Source of the DNA: an uncultured Chloroflexia bacterium
Lineage (GTDB): Bacteria; Chloroflexota; Limnocylindria; Limnocylindrales; CSP1-4
DNA length: 64,000 nt
Direction: 5' to 3'
Assembly (NCBI GenBank): GCA_963720965.1
Contig: CAVRHD010000007.1
Coordinates: 49,442 to 113,441 of the forward strand
In this document: positions 52,863 through 63,130 of the stretch, piece by piece
How positions within the stretch are numbered: the first letter of the stretch is position 1
How the letters are laid out: every line of letters starts with the position of its first letter
Made by a program: the position numbers and the translations under genes
Notes under the pieces: generated by a model
Database searches by the model: none
What the model was told of the DNA's origin: nothing
What the model saw: the letters and a program-made list of their open reading frames with translations, nothing else

Positions 52863-53573
52863 CTAGTGGCCGACGATCTCCGGAATGGTGGCGCTCAGCT
52901 GCACGATCCGGCCACCGATCGGGACGGCGTCCGGGTACTCCTCGCGATGGGCGAGGCCGACGTCCGACAGGCCCAGCCCCATGGCCGCCGAGTCGGTGAT
53001 GAACAGGTACGGCTTGTAGCCGATGGTGTCGCGGATCGTGTTCTTGAGCAGTCGGTGGGCGACGGTCACGGTCGGCCCGAGCAGGTCGCTCCCGGAGCCG
53101 ACGCTCTGGCGCACGGCCAGTCCGCGATGCAGGATCACCTTCAGGTCGAGGTGGGCGACGGCGGGACAGGCGATGCAGACATGGTCATTCGCCGGGATGG
53201 CGGCCGTCCGTCGATCGATGAACGACTGGTACATCGCCCCGATTCGATCGAGCACCTCTTCGCCCTGCCCGTCGAGGCTGCCCGCCGGAGCCGCGGCGAA
53301 GACTGCGTCGCCTTCGAGCTTGACCAGGCTGAAATCGGGCTCGACGCCCTCGATCACCGCGTCGAGCAGCGCGCCGAGGACCCCGTACGCGGCCGGAATG
53401 CCAGCGCTGAAGTCCACGCCATGCTCGTGCTCGACGCCGGTCATGAAGCCGGTGTAGCCGGAGATGTCGGCGAGCAGCAGGTAGCGCTCCCCAGCCGATG
53501 GCTCGGCGGCCGGTGCCACGGATCGATCGGCCTGGTCCACGGACGCTCCTGCCTTCCCGGTGCGCACCCCCAC
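52863..53573 (-). CDS. DUF2652-domain protein (nucleotide-cyclase-like fold), divergent from the downstream cyclase gene
   Basis: 'LLLADISGYTGFMTGVEHEHG...KLEGDAVFAAAP...GPTVTVAHRLLKNT' parallels the cyclase-like core of the paralog at 57219..58313 (LLIADISGYTSYLAGVELDHS...KLEGDAAFVFAP...GPDVIIVHRLLKNE). Confidence 0.65.
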   Translation of the reverse strand: MGVRTGKAGASVDQADRSVAPAAEPSAGERYLLLADISGYTGFMTGVEHEHGVDFSAGIPAAYGVLGALLDAVIEGVEPDFSLVKLEGDAVFAAAPAGSLDGQGEEVLDRIGAMYQSFIDRRTAAIPANDHVCIACPAVAHLDLKVILHRGLAVRQSVGSGSDLLGPTVTVAHRLLKNTIRDTIGYKPYLFITDSAAMGLGLSDVGLAHREEYPDAVPIGGRIVQLSATIPEIVGH

Positions 53574-53672
53574 GGCTAGAGTACGGCTCGTGGAGACATA
53601 CGACCAGCCTGGATCCCGTCGAAATGGGGCCCGTTGTACCCTGCGATCTGATCAACCGTCCCGAGGAAACCG

Positions 53673-56600
53673 GTGAACTGCTCGATCTGCGGATCGCTCA
53701 ATCCGCCGGGGGTCAAGTTCTGCGAGGAGTGCGGCTCGCGGCTCGGGACGACTTGCGCCTCGTGCGGCGCCGCGCTGAGTTCGAGCGCCAAGTTCTGCGG
53801 TGAATGCGGGGCTGCGGCGGCGTCGGCAGCGCCGGCTTCAGCTGCGCACCCGGATCACGACCAAGCCCAGGCTCCAGTTGCCGAGCGCCGCCTCGTCTCG
53901 ATCCTGTTCGCCGATCTCGTCGGCTTCACCTCCCTGGCCGAAGGCCGCGACGCCGAGGACACCCGCGAGCTGCTGAGCCGCTACTTCGAGCTTTCGCGCG
54001 ACGTCATCGCCCGCTATGGCGGCACGGTCGAGAAGTTCATCGGCGATGCCGTCATGGCGGTCTGGGGAGCACCGACGGCCCACGAGGATGACGCCGAGCG
54101 AGCAGTCCGAGCGGCGCTCGAGCTGATCCACGCGGTCAAGTCGCTTGGCCCGGAGATCGAGGCGCGGGCGGGCGTCCTGACCGGCGAGGCGGCGGTCACG
54201 ATCGGGGCGACGAACGAGGGCATGGTCGCGGGCGATCTGGTCAACACGGCGTCGCGGCTCCAGAGCGTCGCCCAGCCGGGAACCGTGCTCGTCGGCGAGG
54301 CGACCCAGCGGGCTGCGTCGGCCGCGATCGCCTTCGAGCAGGCCGGCGACCAGGTGGTCAAGGGCAAGACCGCCCCTGTCCCGGCCTGGCGTGCGTTGCG
54401 GGTCGTTGCCCAGGTCGGCGGTCGCAACCGCTCGGAGACGCTCGAGGCTCCATTCGTCGGCCGGGACGACCAGCTTCGCCTGCTGAAGGACCTCTTCCAT
54501 GCCACGAGCCGGGATCGCCACGCCCGGCTGATCTCGGTCACCGGACCTGCCGGGATCGGCAAGAGCCGCCTCGCCTGGGAGTTCCGCAAATATGAGGACG
54601 GCCTGGTCGAACGTGTCTGGTTTCACGACGGTCGCTCCCCAGCGTACGGCGAGGGGATCAGCTTCTGGGCGCTGGGCGAGATGGTCCGGCGGCGGGCCGG
54701 GCTCGTGGAGACCGACGACGAGGACACTACCCGGACCAAGGTCGCCGAGACCCTGGCTCTCCACGTTCCCGATCCGGCCGAGCGGCGCTGGATCGAATCG
54801 GCGCTGCTGACCCTCCTGGGGGTCGAACCATCCACGACCGTTTCGGAGCAGCTCTTCGCGGCCTGGCGGACCTTTTTCGAACGTCTTGCGACGACGGCGC
54901 CAGTCGTCCTGGTCTTCGAGGACTTCCATCACGCCGACACCGGCCTGATCGACTTCGTCGACCACCTCCTCGAATGGAGCCGGAACGTCCCGATCTACGT
55001 CGTCACGCTGGCTCGGCCCGAGCTCCTCGAGCGCCGACCCGACTGGGGCGCCGGCAAGCGGAGCTTCATCGCGCTCTATCTCGAGCCGCTGCCAGAGCCG
55101 GCCATGCGCGAGCTCCTGGCCGGGCTCGTGCCCGGGTTGCCCAGTTCCGCCGTCAAGGCAATCGTCGAGCGGGCCGGCGGGATCCCGCTGTACGCCGTGG
55201 AAACCGTCCGGATGCTTGTGTCCGAGGGCCGCCTGAGCCTCGAGGGAGATTGCTATGTCCCGATCGGCGACCTGACCAACCTGGCCGTGCCCGAGACGCT
55301 GACGGCACTGATTGCCAGCCGCCTCGACCGGCTACCGGCCGACGATCGGGCCCTGGTCTCGGACGCGGCCGTTCTCGGCCAGAGCTTCACGATCGCCGGC
55401 CTGTCGGCCGTCTCCGGGATCGACCAGGGCGAGCTCGAGCCACGCCTCCTGGCCCTCGTCCGCCGGGAGCTCCTGACAGTCGAGACCGATCCCCGCAGCC
55501 CTGAGCGCGGCCAGTACTCGTTCGTCCAGGCGCTGATCCGTGAGGTCGCCTACAACACTCTGGCCAAGCGTGACCGGAAGTCGCGCCATCTCGCCGCGGC
55601 CCGGTTCTTCGAATCGCTCGGCACAGACGAGATTGCCGGCGTCCTGGCCGGCCACTACCTGGCTGCCCACGGAAACGCAACCGATGGGCCGGAAGCCGAA
55701 GCCCTGGCCGGCCAGGCCCGGATTGCCCTCCGAGCGGCGGCCGAACGAGCCATCGCCCTGGGCAGCTACGGCCAGGCCCTTCGCTTCTATGAGCAGGCCC
55801 TCACCGTCGCAACCGACCCGATCGAGGTCGCGGAGCTGCACGAGCGGGTGGGTGAGGCAGCCACCATCGCCGGCCGCCACGAGATCGCCGAGGACGAGCT
55901 TCGGCGGGCGATCGAAGCGCGCCATGCCCTGGCGGATCGTCCCGGCGTCGCCCGCGCCACGACCGCCCTGGGCCGGGAGTTGATCGCCGTGTTCCGGGTG
56001 GCGGACGCGTTGGCCCTGCTCGAGCCTGCCTCGCTGGAGTTCGCCGATCTCGAGACCGAACCGGTGGGCGTTGACCTGCTCAGCCAGCTTGCCCGGGCAT
56101 TGTTCCTGTTGGACGAGACCACCCGCGCGCTCGAGGTCGCTGAACGGGTCCTCAACCTGGCCGAACGGGCCAACCTCCAGGCGATCATCGCCGACACCCT
56201 CGTTACCCGGGGAACCGCGCTGGCTCTCGTCGGCCGGGCCTACGAAGGCCTCGGGGTGATCAAGGCGGGCCGCGAACTGGCTGAGTCGATTGGGCTCAAC
56301 ACGACCGTCCTGCGGGCGATCAACAACATCGTGTTCGTCGGCGGACCTCGGGATCCCCGGTCGGCCCTGGCGCTGTGCCGGGAGGGGATCGCCATCGCCC
56401 GGCGGCTCGGCCAGCGGACATGGGTCCCGGGTCTGATCGACGGCGTCGCCGAAGGAGGCCTGCGTACAGGCGAATGGGCGCAGGCGCTGGCTGAGATCAT
56501 CGATGCTCTCGACGACGATTGGGAACCGGTCGACCGAGCCTGGTTCTTGATCGATGCGACGATCCACTGGGCGGTGCGGGGCGATGCCCTCGATGACCGG

Positions 56601-57204
56601 CTTGACGAGCTGTCGGCCCTGGTCAGGGACTCGGACGATCAGCAGACCCTGGCCAATGCGGCGCACGCGGCCGGGTTTGTCGAGCTCGCACGGGGAGACT
56701 TCGTGGCGGCCCGGGCGTCCTGGCACCGGGCCACCTCGCTCTCCATCGGGCAGCTCCTGTATGCCGGGCCGCGCGCAGCCCGGGCGGCGCTGTGGGCGGG
56801 CGACCGTGCCGGAGCCAGTGCCGATCTCGAGGCTCTCGATGAAGCCGGACTTCACGGGCCGGCCGTGGAGGCTGATCGGCGCACGATCCGGGCCGGCATC
56901 GCCGCGCATCGACGGCCGGACCACCGAGGCGCTCGCCTTGTATCGCGAGTCGTTGCGTGCATGGCGCGACCTGGGCCTGCCCTGGGATGAGGCCCTGTGC
57001 GGGATCGACATGGCGACCCTCCTCGACCCGGACCTCCCGGAAGTCAAGGCGGCTGCCGATACTGCGATGGAGATCCTCACCCGGCTGGAGGCGGCGCCGT
57101 TCGTCGCGCGGCTGGAGGCCGTCCGCGCTCGCGCTTCGTCCGAGCGCCCGCTGCCCGTGCCCGAGTCGAGCCCAATAGCAACCTCGTCACAGATCCGCGG
57201 CTGA
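53673..57204 (+). pseudogene. Double zinc-ribbon + class III nucleotidyl cyclase + AAA/NB-ARC ATPase + TPR (STAND-type), one frameshift near 56905
   Basis: N-terminus 'CSICGSLNPPGVKFCEECG...CASCGAALSSSAKFCGECG'. Cyclase 'VSILFADLVGFTSLAE...FIGDAVMAVWGAP...TGEAAV...GDLVNTASRLQ'. Walker A 'GPAGIGKSRL'. 'LVFEDFHHAD'. TPR block. Real C-terminus '...EALALYRESLRAWRDLGLPWDEALCGIDMATLL...' read in the 56554..57204 frame. Confidence 0.75.
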
Positions 57205-57218
57205 GGTCGGGTCCGGTC

Positions 57219-58313
57219 ATGCTCCAGCCTGAGCCGGTCGTCCTGCTGATCGCCGACATCTCGGGCTACACGAGCTACCTCGCCGGGGTCGAGCTCGATC
57301 ACTCCCAGGACATCCTGGCCGACCTCGTCGGCACGATCGTGACCGCGCTCCGGCCGACGTTCCGGCTGGCCAAGCTCGAGGGCGATGCCGCCTTCGTCTT
57401 CGCGCCGGCAGGCAAGCTCGACGCCTCGATCCTGCTCGATACGGTGGAGCGCTGCTACTTCGGCTTTCGCCGCCGGCGGCGCGACGTGAGCCAGGCCACG
57501 TCGTGCACCTGCAACGCATGCGTGCGGATCCCCGACCTGAACCTGAAGTTCGTGGTCCACCAGGGTGAGGCGCTCCGGCACCGGATTGCCGGCCGCGATG
57601 AGCTCCTGGGGCCGGACGTGATCATCGTCCACCGGCTGCTGAAGAACGAGGTGGTCGAGCGGCTGGGCATCCACGCCTATGCCCTGTTCACCCAGGCCAG
57701 CCTCGACGCTGTCGCCGTCGATCCCGCCGCGCTCGGGATGGTGCCCCTGGCCGAGACCTACGAGTTCGTGGGCGAGATCGGGACGTGGGTCCTCGACCTC
57801 GAGCGGCGCTGGCAGGAGGAGGAGACCAGGCGGCGGATCCTGGTCACGCCCAAGGCCGCCTGGTTGACCTTCAGCGTGGACACCAAGGCCCCGCCCCAGC
57901 TCGCCTGGGAATTCATCACGGCGCCCGGCCGGCGCCCGAGCTGGCAGGTCGGCGTGACCCAGGTGCTCCTCGTCGACAGCCCCGGCGGTCGGCGCGCCGT
58001 GGGCGCCACGAACCACTGTGTCCACGGCGCGAATGGCGGGGTGACCGAGGAGATCGTGGACTGGCGGCCGTATGACTACCTGACCGATCGGGGAACCCAC
58101 CCGACGCCCGGAGGGCCGGTCAAGATGCTCGAGACGATCGAGCTCGAGCCGACCGCCGAAGGGACGAGGATCCAGTTCCGATATGCCCCGCCGACCTCGG
58201 CCCGGGAGCGGACGATCGTCGCCGGCCTCGAGGGCGACTACCGCGAGCTTTTTGCCGTCTGGCTGGCCCGCCTGGCCGAGCTGATCGACGCGGAGGTGGC
58301 GGACCAGGCCTAG
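57219..58313 (+). CDS. DUF2652 (cyclase-like) N-terminal domain fused to an SRPBCC (START/Bet v1/polyketide-cyclase-like) C-terminal domain
   Basis: ATG 15 nt after the stop of the cyclase-STAND gene. N-terminal half paralogous to 52863..53573. C-terminal ~150 aa ('WEFITAPGRRPSWQVGV...IQFRYAPP') has SRPBCC character. Confidence 0.6.
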   Translation: MLQPEPVVLLIADISGYTSYLAGVELDHSQDILADLVGTIVTALRPTFRLAKLEGDAAFVFAPAGKLDASILLDTVERCYFGFRRRRRDVSQATSCTCNACVRIPDLNLKFVVHQGEALRHRIAGRDELLGPDVIIVHRLLKNEVVERLGIHAYALFTQASLDAVAVDPAALGMVPLAETYEFVGEIGTWVLDLERRWQEEETRRRILVTPKAAWLTFSVDTKAPPQLAWEFITAPGRRPSWQVGVTQVLLVDSPGGRRAVGATNHCVHGANGGVTEEIVDWRPYDYLTDRGTHPTPGGPVKMLETIELEPTAEGTRIQFRYAPPTSARERTIVAGLEGDYRELFAVWLARLAELIDAEVADQA

Positions 58314-58316
58314 CCG

Positions 58317-58830
58317 CCCGGCCGAGCGAGATCCATGGCCATGAACACGACCACGGGAATGAGTGCCTCCGGGAAATCCCTCCGGCGGGTCGACGAACTC
58401 GAAGCCGGCCGCCTGGTAGATCCGATGGGCGCCGGTCATCGTGTGGTGGCTGTCGAGGATGATCCGCCGGTAGCCCGCCGCCCGGGCGGACTTGACCAGC
58501 GCCTCGACCAACCTTGAGCCGACCCCCTGCCCGCGGAAGACCGGCCGGACGTACATCCGCTTGAGCTCGCCCGTCGTCGCGCTGACCGGCTTGAGCGCGA
58601 CACAGCCGGCCGGCTGGCCGTCGGACAGGGCGAGCAGCAGGCGCCCGCCCGGCGGGGCGTAGACGCCCGGTAGCGTCCGGCCAGCTCCTCTTCGACACCC
58701 TGAATGTTGGGGCGTCCTCGGCGTCGCCGTCGATGGCCAGGGCCCAGCCGAGGTACTCGTGGAGGAGTGTCCGGACGTCGTCTGCCTGCGCCGGCGTGCT
58801 CAGTCGACGACTTCGATCAGCCGCCGCCCC
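58317..58830 (-). pseudogene. GNAT-family N-acetyltransferase, 2-3 frameshifts; 3' end convergently abuts or overlaps the SRPBCC gene
   Basis: 'LPGVYAPPGGRLLLALSDGQPAGCVALKPVSATTGELKRMYVRPVFRGQGVGSRLVEALVKSARAAGYRRIILDSHHTMTGAHRIYQAAGFEFVDP' (Q/R-x-x-G-x-G/A motif A) plus the N-terminal 'ADDVRTLLHEYLGWALAIDG' in another frame. Boundaries approximate. Confidence 0.5.
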
Positions 58831-60403
58831 GGCCGGCGCCCGTTCGTCGAGGCTGTCCCATACCGTCTTGAGCGGATCCTGCTGGCCAAGCGCGAACAGC
58901 GCGATCGCCCCGCCGATCACGCCGACGAAGCCGCACAACAGGAATGCGCCGTGCAGGCCGGCCAGGTAGGCGTCGATGTACGGTCGGACATCGGCGCTGC
59001 CGATCGTCGTGGCCACGTCGGCGAACGATGGCGTGCCCACGGCAACAAGGACCGCTCGGAATGCATTGATGGCCGCCGTGGCCTCGGCGGCCGGCAGGCC
59101 GGCTACCGACGCCGAGTAGGTCGTGATCGCGATCTGGGCCACGACCACGGTAACGATCACGACCCCGATCCGCGACCCAACCGAGATCGAGGCTTCGTTC
59201 AATGCCGCGGCCGTGGCCGGCAGTCCCTGGGGCACGCTGGCGAAGATGATCGCCGTGCGCACGGTCGTGGCGACCACGAAGCCGGCTCCGATGACCAGGC
59301 AGGGCAGGACGAATCCGACGTAGGACGACGATTCGCCGGTCACCGACCACAGGACGAAGTTGCCCAGTCCAACGAAGATCACCCCGCCGCCAACCAGCCA
59401 GCGTGGCGTTACCCGGCCGAGCAGGAAGCCGGCAACCGGGCCGGCCAGCACGAGTGCGGCGAAGAGCGGAGCGAGGGCTGCCACGGCGGCCACCGGACCA
59501 TAGCCAAGGACGAGCCGGAAGTAGAGCGGCAGGTTGAGCATCGCCGCGGTCTGCGAGATCGCGATGACGACGCCCACGAACAGGGCGACCGAGACGCGTC
59601 GGCGGACGATACCGGCTGTCGATGCTGCCCGCGCCCGTCCCAGGCGCGAGTAGCCAATCGCGAGGACCGGTCCCCCGATGATCAGGGCCAACCGGAGCGG
59701 CGTGTTCACGCCGTCGCCGAACCAGGTCAGTCCGACGGTGAGGGTGATGATCCCGAACGCCCAGACCGCGACGCCGATGACGAGCGGACGCTCAGCCAGC
59801 GAAGGCCGTCGCAGCTCGAGGACTCGCCTCGAGGCCAGCCGAATGGCGACCAGGCAGGCCAAGATCGCGGCAACGAAGGCCGGCCAGTCCTGGCCCGGGA
59901 TCAGCTGGAGCAGGATCGGGGCGGCGGCACCGGCTGCACCGTAGGCGCCATAGGCGATCCCGATCGCGGTGGCCCGGACGGGACCGCGATAGCTCGTCGC
60001 AACGAGGGCAAGCGACACGGGAATGACGAAGGCGGCACTCGCGTGCCCTACGAGTCGGGCGATCAGGAAGAGCGGTCCGACCGGCACGAACATGGCGACC
60101 AGGCTGCCGAGCAGCTCGCCAGCCAATCCGCCCAGGATGATCGGGGTGGCTCGTCTGGAGTCTCCGATTGCGCCGCCCAGCAGGATCAGGCCGGACGCGC
60201 TGAGCGAAGCCAGCAGGACGACCGTCTCGAGCTGGGGATTTTCCCGGACGGCAGCCTGGATCGAGGGCAGGGCCGGGACTCCAGGCCTGGGGATCCAGGG
60301 CCGCCGCGAACAGAGCGACCGATCCGGCCAGCAGCGCGCCCTTCGCAACGGGATCGACGAACAGGTCGCCGATGAACGACGGGAGCTTCCGTTGGCGGGT
60401 CAC
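58830..60403 (-). pseudogene. MFS transporter (12-14 TM), one frameshift near 60255; runs in frame into the GNAT gene in this assembly
   Basis: N-terminus 'MTRQRKLPSFIGDLFVDPVAKGALLAGSVALFAAALDP' (59792..60403 frame), then a long TM-rich region in the 58120..60348 frame. 3' boundary with GNAT uncertain. Confidence 0.55.
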
Positions 60404-60494
60404 CGGCCAGATGCTACCGCGTGCCAGCCCTGTGATTGACTCGTCCGCGAGCGCTGGGGCCCCGCATCAACGTTGCGGGGCCTGGTCACCGCCC

Positions 60495-60731
60495 TTACTT
60501 GCGGCGATCCTCGCGCATCGAGGGGAAGGGCTTGGTCAGCGGCGGCAGGTTCTCGTCGGCCTTGTTGCGAGCCTTGTCATCGCGAGGCGCCGGTGCCCGG
60601 AGCGCGCCCGAGACCGCGATCGACGAAAGGACCGAATGTCCCTCGACGTCATCCTCGTCGGCCGCTGGCTCCTCGACGATCTCTTCCTTGGGCTGGACAT
60701 CCATCAGAGTTCTCCAGTGGTGCGGGACCAC
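60495..60731 (-). CDS. Small acidic hypothetical protein
   Basis: 78-aa ORF. The inner Met gives MDVQPKEEIVEEPAADEDDVEGHS...KPFPSMREDRRK. Divergent from the DUF5317 gene. Start uncertain (60731 or 60704). Confidence 0.4.
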   Translation of the reverse strand: MVPHHWRTLMDVQPKEEIVEEPAADEDDVEGHSVLSSIAVSGALRAPAPRDDKARNKADENLPPLTKPFPSMREDRRK

Positions 60732-60978
60732 GACGACAGGTCCTGATCCCCGACTGGAGCAGATTATCGTTGGGCCGCGAGGGCCCGGTCTATCCCTCCC
60801 GAGACCTCCTGCCTGTCACCTGGCCGACAGCCAGCGACCAGCCCGTACTGGAGTCGTTCCCGGCCGGCCGGTCGTACCCCCTCGGCCGGTACGACTGCGC
60901 TGCGGTCAGGCTCCGACGTCGGCTCAACAATGGGCAGGTGACTTCACGTCCTTCTGTCTTGCTGCCCGCCGCCCGCTG

Positions 60979-61524
60979 ATGTTCATCCTGTACGCCCTGG
61001 TGATCGGGATCGGCGTTGGGTTGCTGGCCGGCGGTCAGGTGTCGGGTATTGGCGAAATCCGCTTTCGCTGGGCCGGCCTGGCCGCGATCGGCCTGCTCGT
61101 CCAGGTTGTCCTGTTCGCAGGACCCGTCGCAGACCGGATCGGGAACCTCGGCGTGCCGCTGTACGTCGGCTCCACGGCGCTGGTCCTTGCCGCACTGTTG
61201 CGGAACGCGGCACTGCCGGGGATCTGGATCGTCGCCCTCGGCGCGCTCTCGAACATGGCCGCGATCGCCGCAAATGGCGGCTACATGCCGGCGTCGCCCG
61301 GCGCCCTGGCCTCGCTCGGGCTGCACGATGGGCTCGACTATTCGAACAGCACGGTGGTCGCCCATCCCGCCCTCCAACCGCTGACCGACGTGTTCGCGAT
61401 GCCGGCCGGCCTGCCGTTCGCCAACGTCTTCAGCATCGGTGACGTCCTGGTCGGCGTTGGGATCGCGGTCGTGCTGGCAATGGCCATGATCCGGGCCCGC
61501 CCGTCACGCCAGGTGCGCTCCTAG
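60979..61524 (+). CDS. DUF5317-like small membrane protein
   Basis: 'MFILYALVIGIGVGLLAGG' N-terminus, 4-5 TM helices, 181 aa. The ORF-track start at 60436 adds an implausible non-membrane N-terminal extension and is rejected. Confidence 0.6.
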   Translation: MFILYALVIGIGVGLLAGGQVSGIGEIRFRWAGLAAIGLLVQVVLFAGPVADRIGNLGVPLYVGSTALVLAALLRNAALPGIWIVALGALSNMAAIAANGGYMPASPGALASLGLHDGLDYSNSTVVAHPALQPLTDVFAMPAGLPFANVFSIGDVLVGVGIAVVLAMAMIRARPSRQVRS

Positions 61525-61804
61525 GCCCTTCGCACCGGAAGCCGGCGCTCGCGGGCCGCGCGTCGACGTTGCGTGCAGCAGGACAAAACGGCCTTTTTGC
61601 CACCCCGGCCGAGTCCGGAACCCTCGCCGAGCATCCAATTCGTCCCGATCCACGCTCAGGCGGTGCAACTTTCGGCGGCCCAACGCTGACCCTGGACTCC
61701 GGCGTGGGCCCGAAACCCGTCATTTGTCGCGCACGTAGCAACACCAGCGCGCCGGGAGCTGACACTCGGCTACGCATCAGCGCCGTTTGGCACGCCCGCG
61801 CCGT

Positions 61805-62822
61805 GGCACGATGGTCGCATGCCGAACCGCCTGGATCCGCCACCCAGCTCCGCCTGGCCCTGGTCGGCGCGGGCTGGATCAGCGGCTACCACCTGGCGGC
61901 GCTCGATCGCCTGGATCGGACCCGGCTCGTGGCCGTGGTCTCGGGCCGCGAGTCGACCGCCCGGGCCGTGGCCGAGCCTCGCGGCGCGACTGCCTACCGA
62001 CTGACCGAGCTCGAATCAATGCTCGACAGCGAGCGCCCCAGTGTCGCCTTCGTGGCCGTACCGCCGGCCCAGGCCGTCAGTGTCCTCAATCAGCTGGTTG
62101 AGCGCGGGATTCCGTTCTTGACCGAGAAGCCGCTGGCCGCCCTTGATCCCGAAGGTCCGGCTCGGATCGCTGCGTCGGTCGCGGCACGGGGCCTGGTCGC
62201 CGCCGTCGGCTACCACCTGCGTGGGCTCGACGCGCTCGCCGAGGTTCGTGCGCGACTCGCCGCCACGCCCGCCCACCTCCTCACCGCACGCTGGCTGAGC
62301 GAGACGCCTCCGCCGGCATGGTGGCGAGCCGAGGCGACGGGTGGCGGCCAGGTGGTCGAGCAGGCCACCCACTTCTACGACCTCGCCCGCTCCCTGCTCG
62401 GCGAGGCCGGCGTCGTCGGCGCGGCCTCGGTCCAGGAGAATCCGTTCGTGCCGGACGGTGTCGACCTCGTGGATGCCACGGCGGCCGTCCTCCGCTTCGA
62501 GTCGGGCGCAATCGGCAGCTTCGCCAACAGCCGCCGGCTGGCCTCAGCGGCAGTGGTCGAAGTGGAGATCGCAGCGCTGACCTGCTGATCACGATCCGCA
62601 AGCTGCCCGAGGCGCAGACGACGTGGGAGGTTGTCTTCGACGACGGGCGGACCACCCGCGACGATTCCGCCGGGACGCGACCCGTACGAGGTCCAGGCCG
62701 AGGCCTTCCTCGATGCGGTCGAGGCCGCCGATCCGGCCCTCGTGCTGTCGAGCTACGCCGACGCCCTCAAGACCGATCGCCTCACCCGGGCGGTCGTCGC
62801 CGCCACGGGCGGCCACGGCTGA
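61805..62822 (+). pseudogene. Gfo/Idh/MocA-family NAD(P)-dependent oxidoreductase, frameshifts near 62585 and 62665
   Basis: Rossmann 'LRLALVGAGWISGYHLAAL', 'FLTEKPLA' and the C-terminal '...DPYEVQAEAFLDAVEAADPALVLSSYADALKTDRLTRAVVAA' lie in different frames. Likely GTG start near 61805. Confidence 0.6.
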
Positions 62823-62872
62823 CAGTAGTGGCCCGCCTTGACGTCCGGATCTCACGTGTCGATACTGGACCC

Positions 62873-63130
62873 ATGGGCACTCGGACCAAGCGGACCTACA
62901 ACCTGAGTCTGGAGGCAGTCGCCCACGTGCGTGAGCTCGCAGAGCAAGGCAGTCCGGGAACGAGCCAGGACAGGATCGTCGAGGTCGCGATCGACCGGCT
63001 GTATCGCGAGGCGCGCGAACACATCGAGGCGGCTCAGTGGACGCGCGCAGGCGAGGATCCCGCTTTCCGAAGTGAGATGCTCGGGCTGGCAGCCGACTAC
63101 CGTGATCGCGAGAGCTGGCCGGCCGAGTGA
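62873..63130 (+). CDS. Ribbon-helix-helix antitoxin
   Basis: 85 aa 'MGTRTKRTYNLSLEAVAHVRELAEQGS...'; stop overlaps the start of the downstream toxin (GTGA). Confidence 0.65.
   Translation: MGTRTKRTYNLSLEAVAHVRELAEQGSPGTSQDRIVEVAIDRLYREAREHIEAAQWTRAGEDPAFRSEMLGLAADYRDRESWPAE

Noticed and set aside
55332-58556. 1074-aa minus-strand ORF
   Set aside because: Apart from its first ~60 codons (GNAT C-terminus) it is antisense to the well-supported cyclase-STAND and DUF2652-SRPBCC genes. Its translation is low-complexity R/G/P-rich, typical of spurious ORFs in high-GC DNA.
60436-60978. N-terminal 180-codon extension of the DUF5317 ORF
   Set aside because: Translation is Arg/Pro-rich and non-membrane, and overlaps the small divergent gene region. 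The conserved 'MFILYALVIG' start at 60979 is far more plausible.
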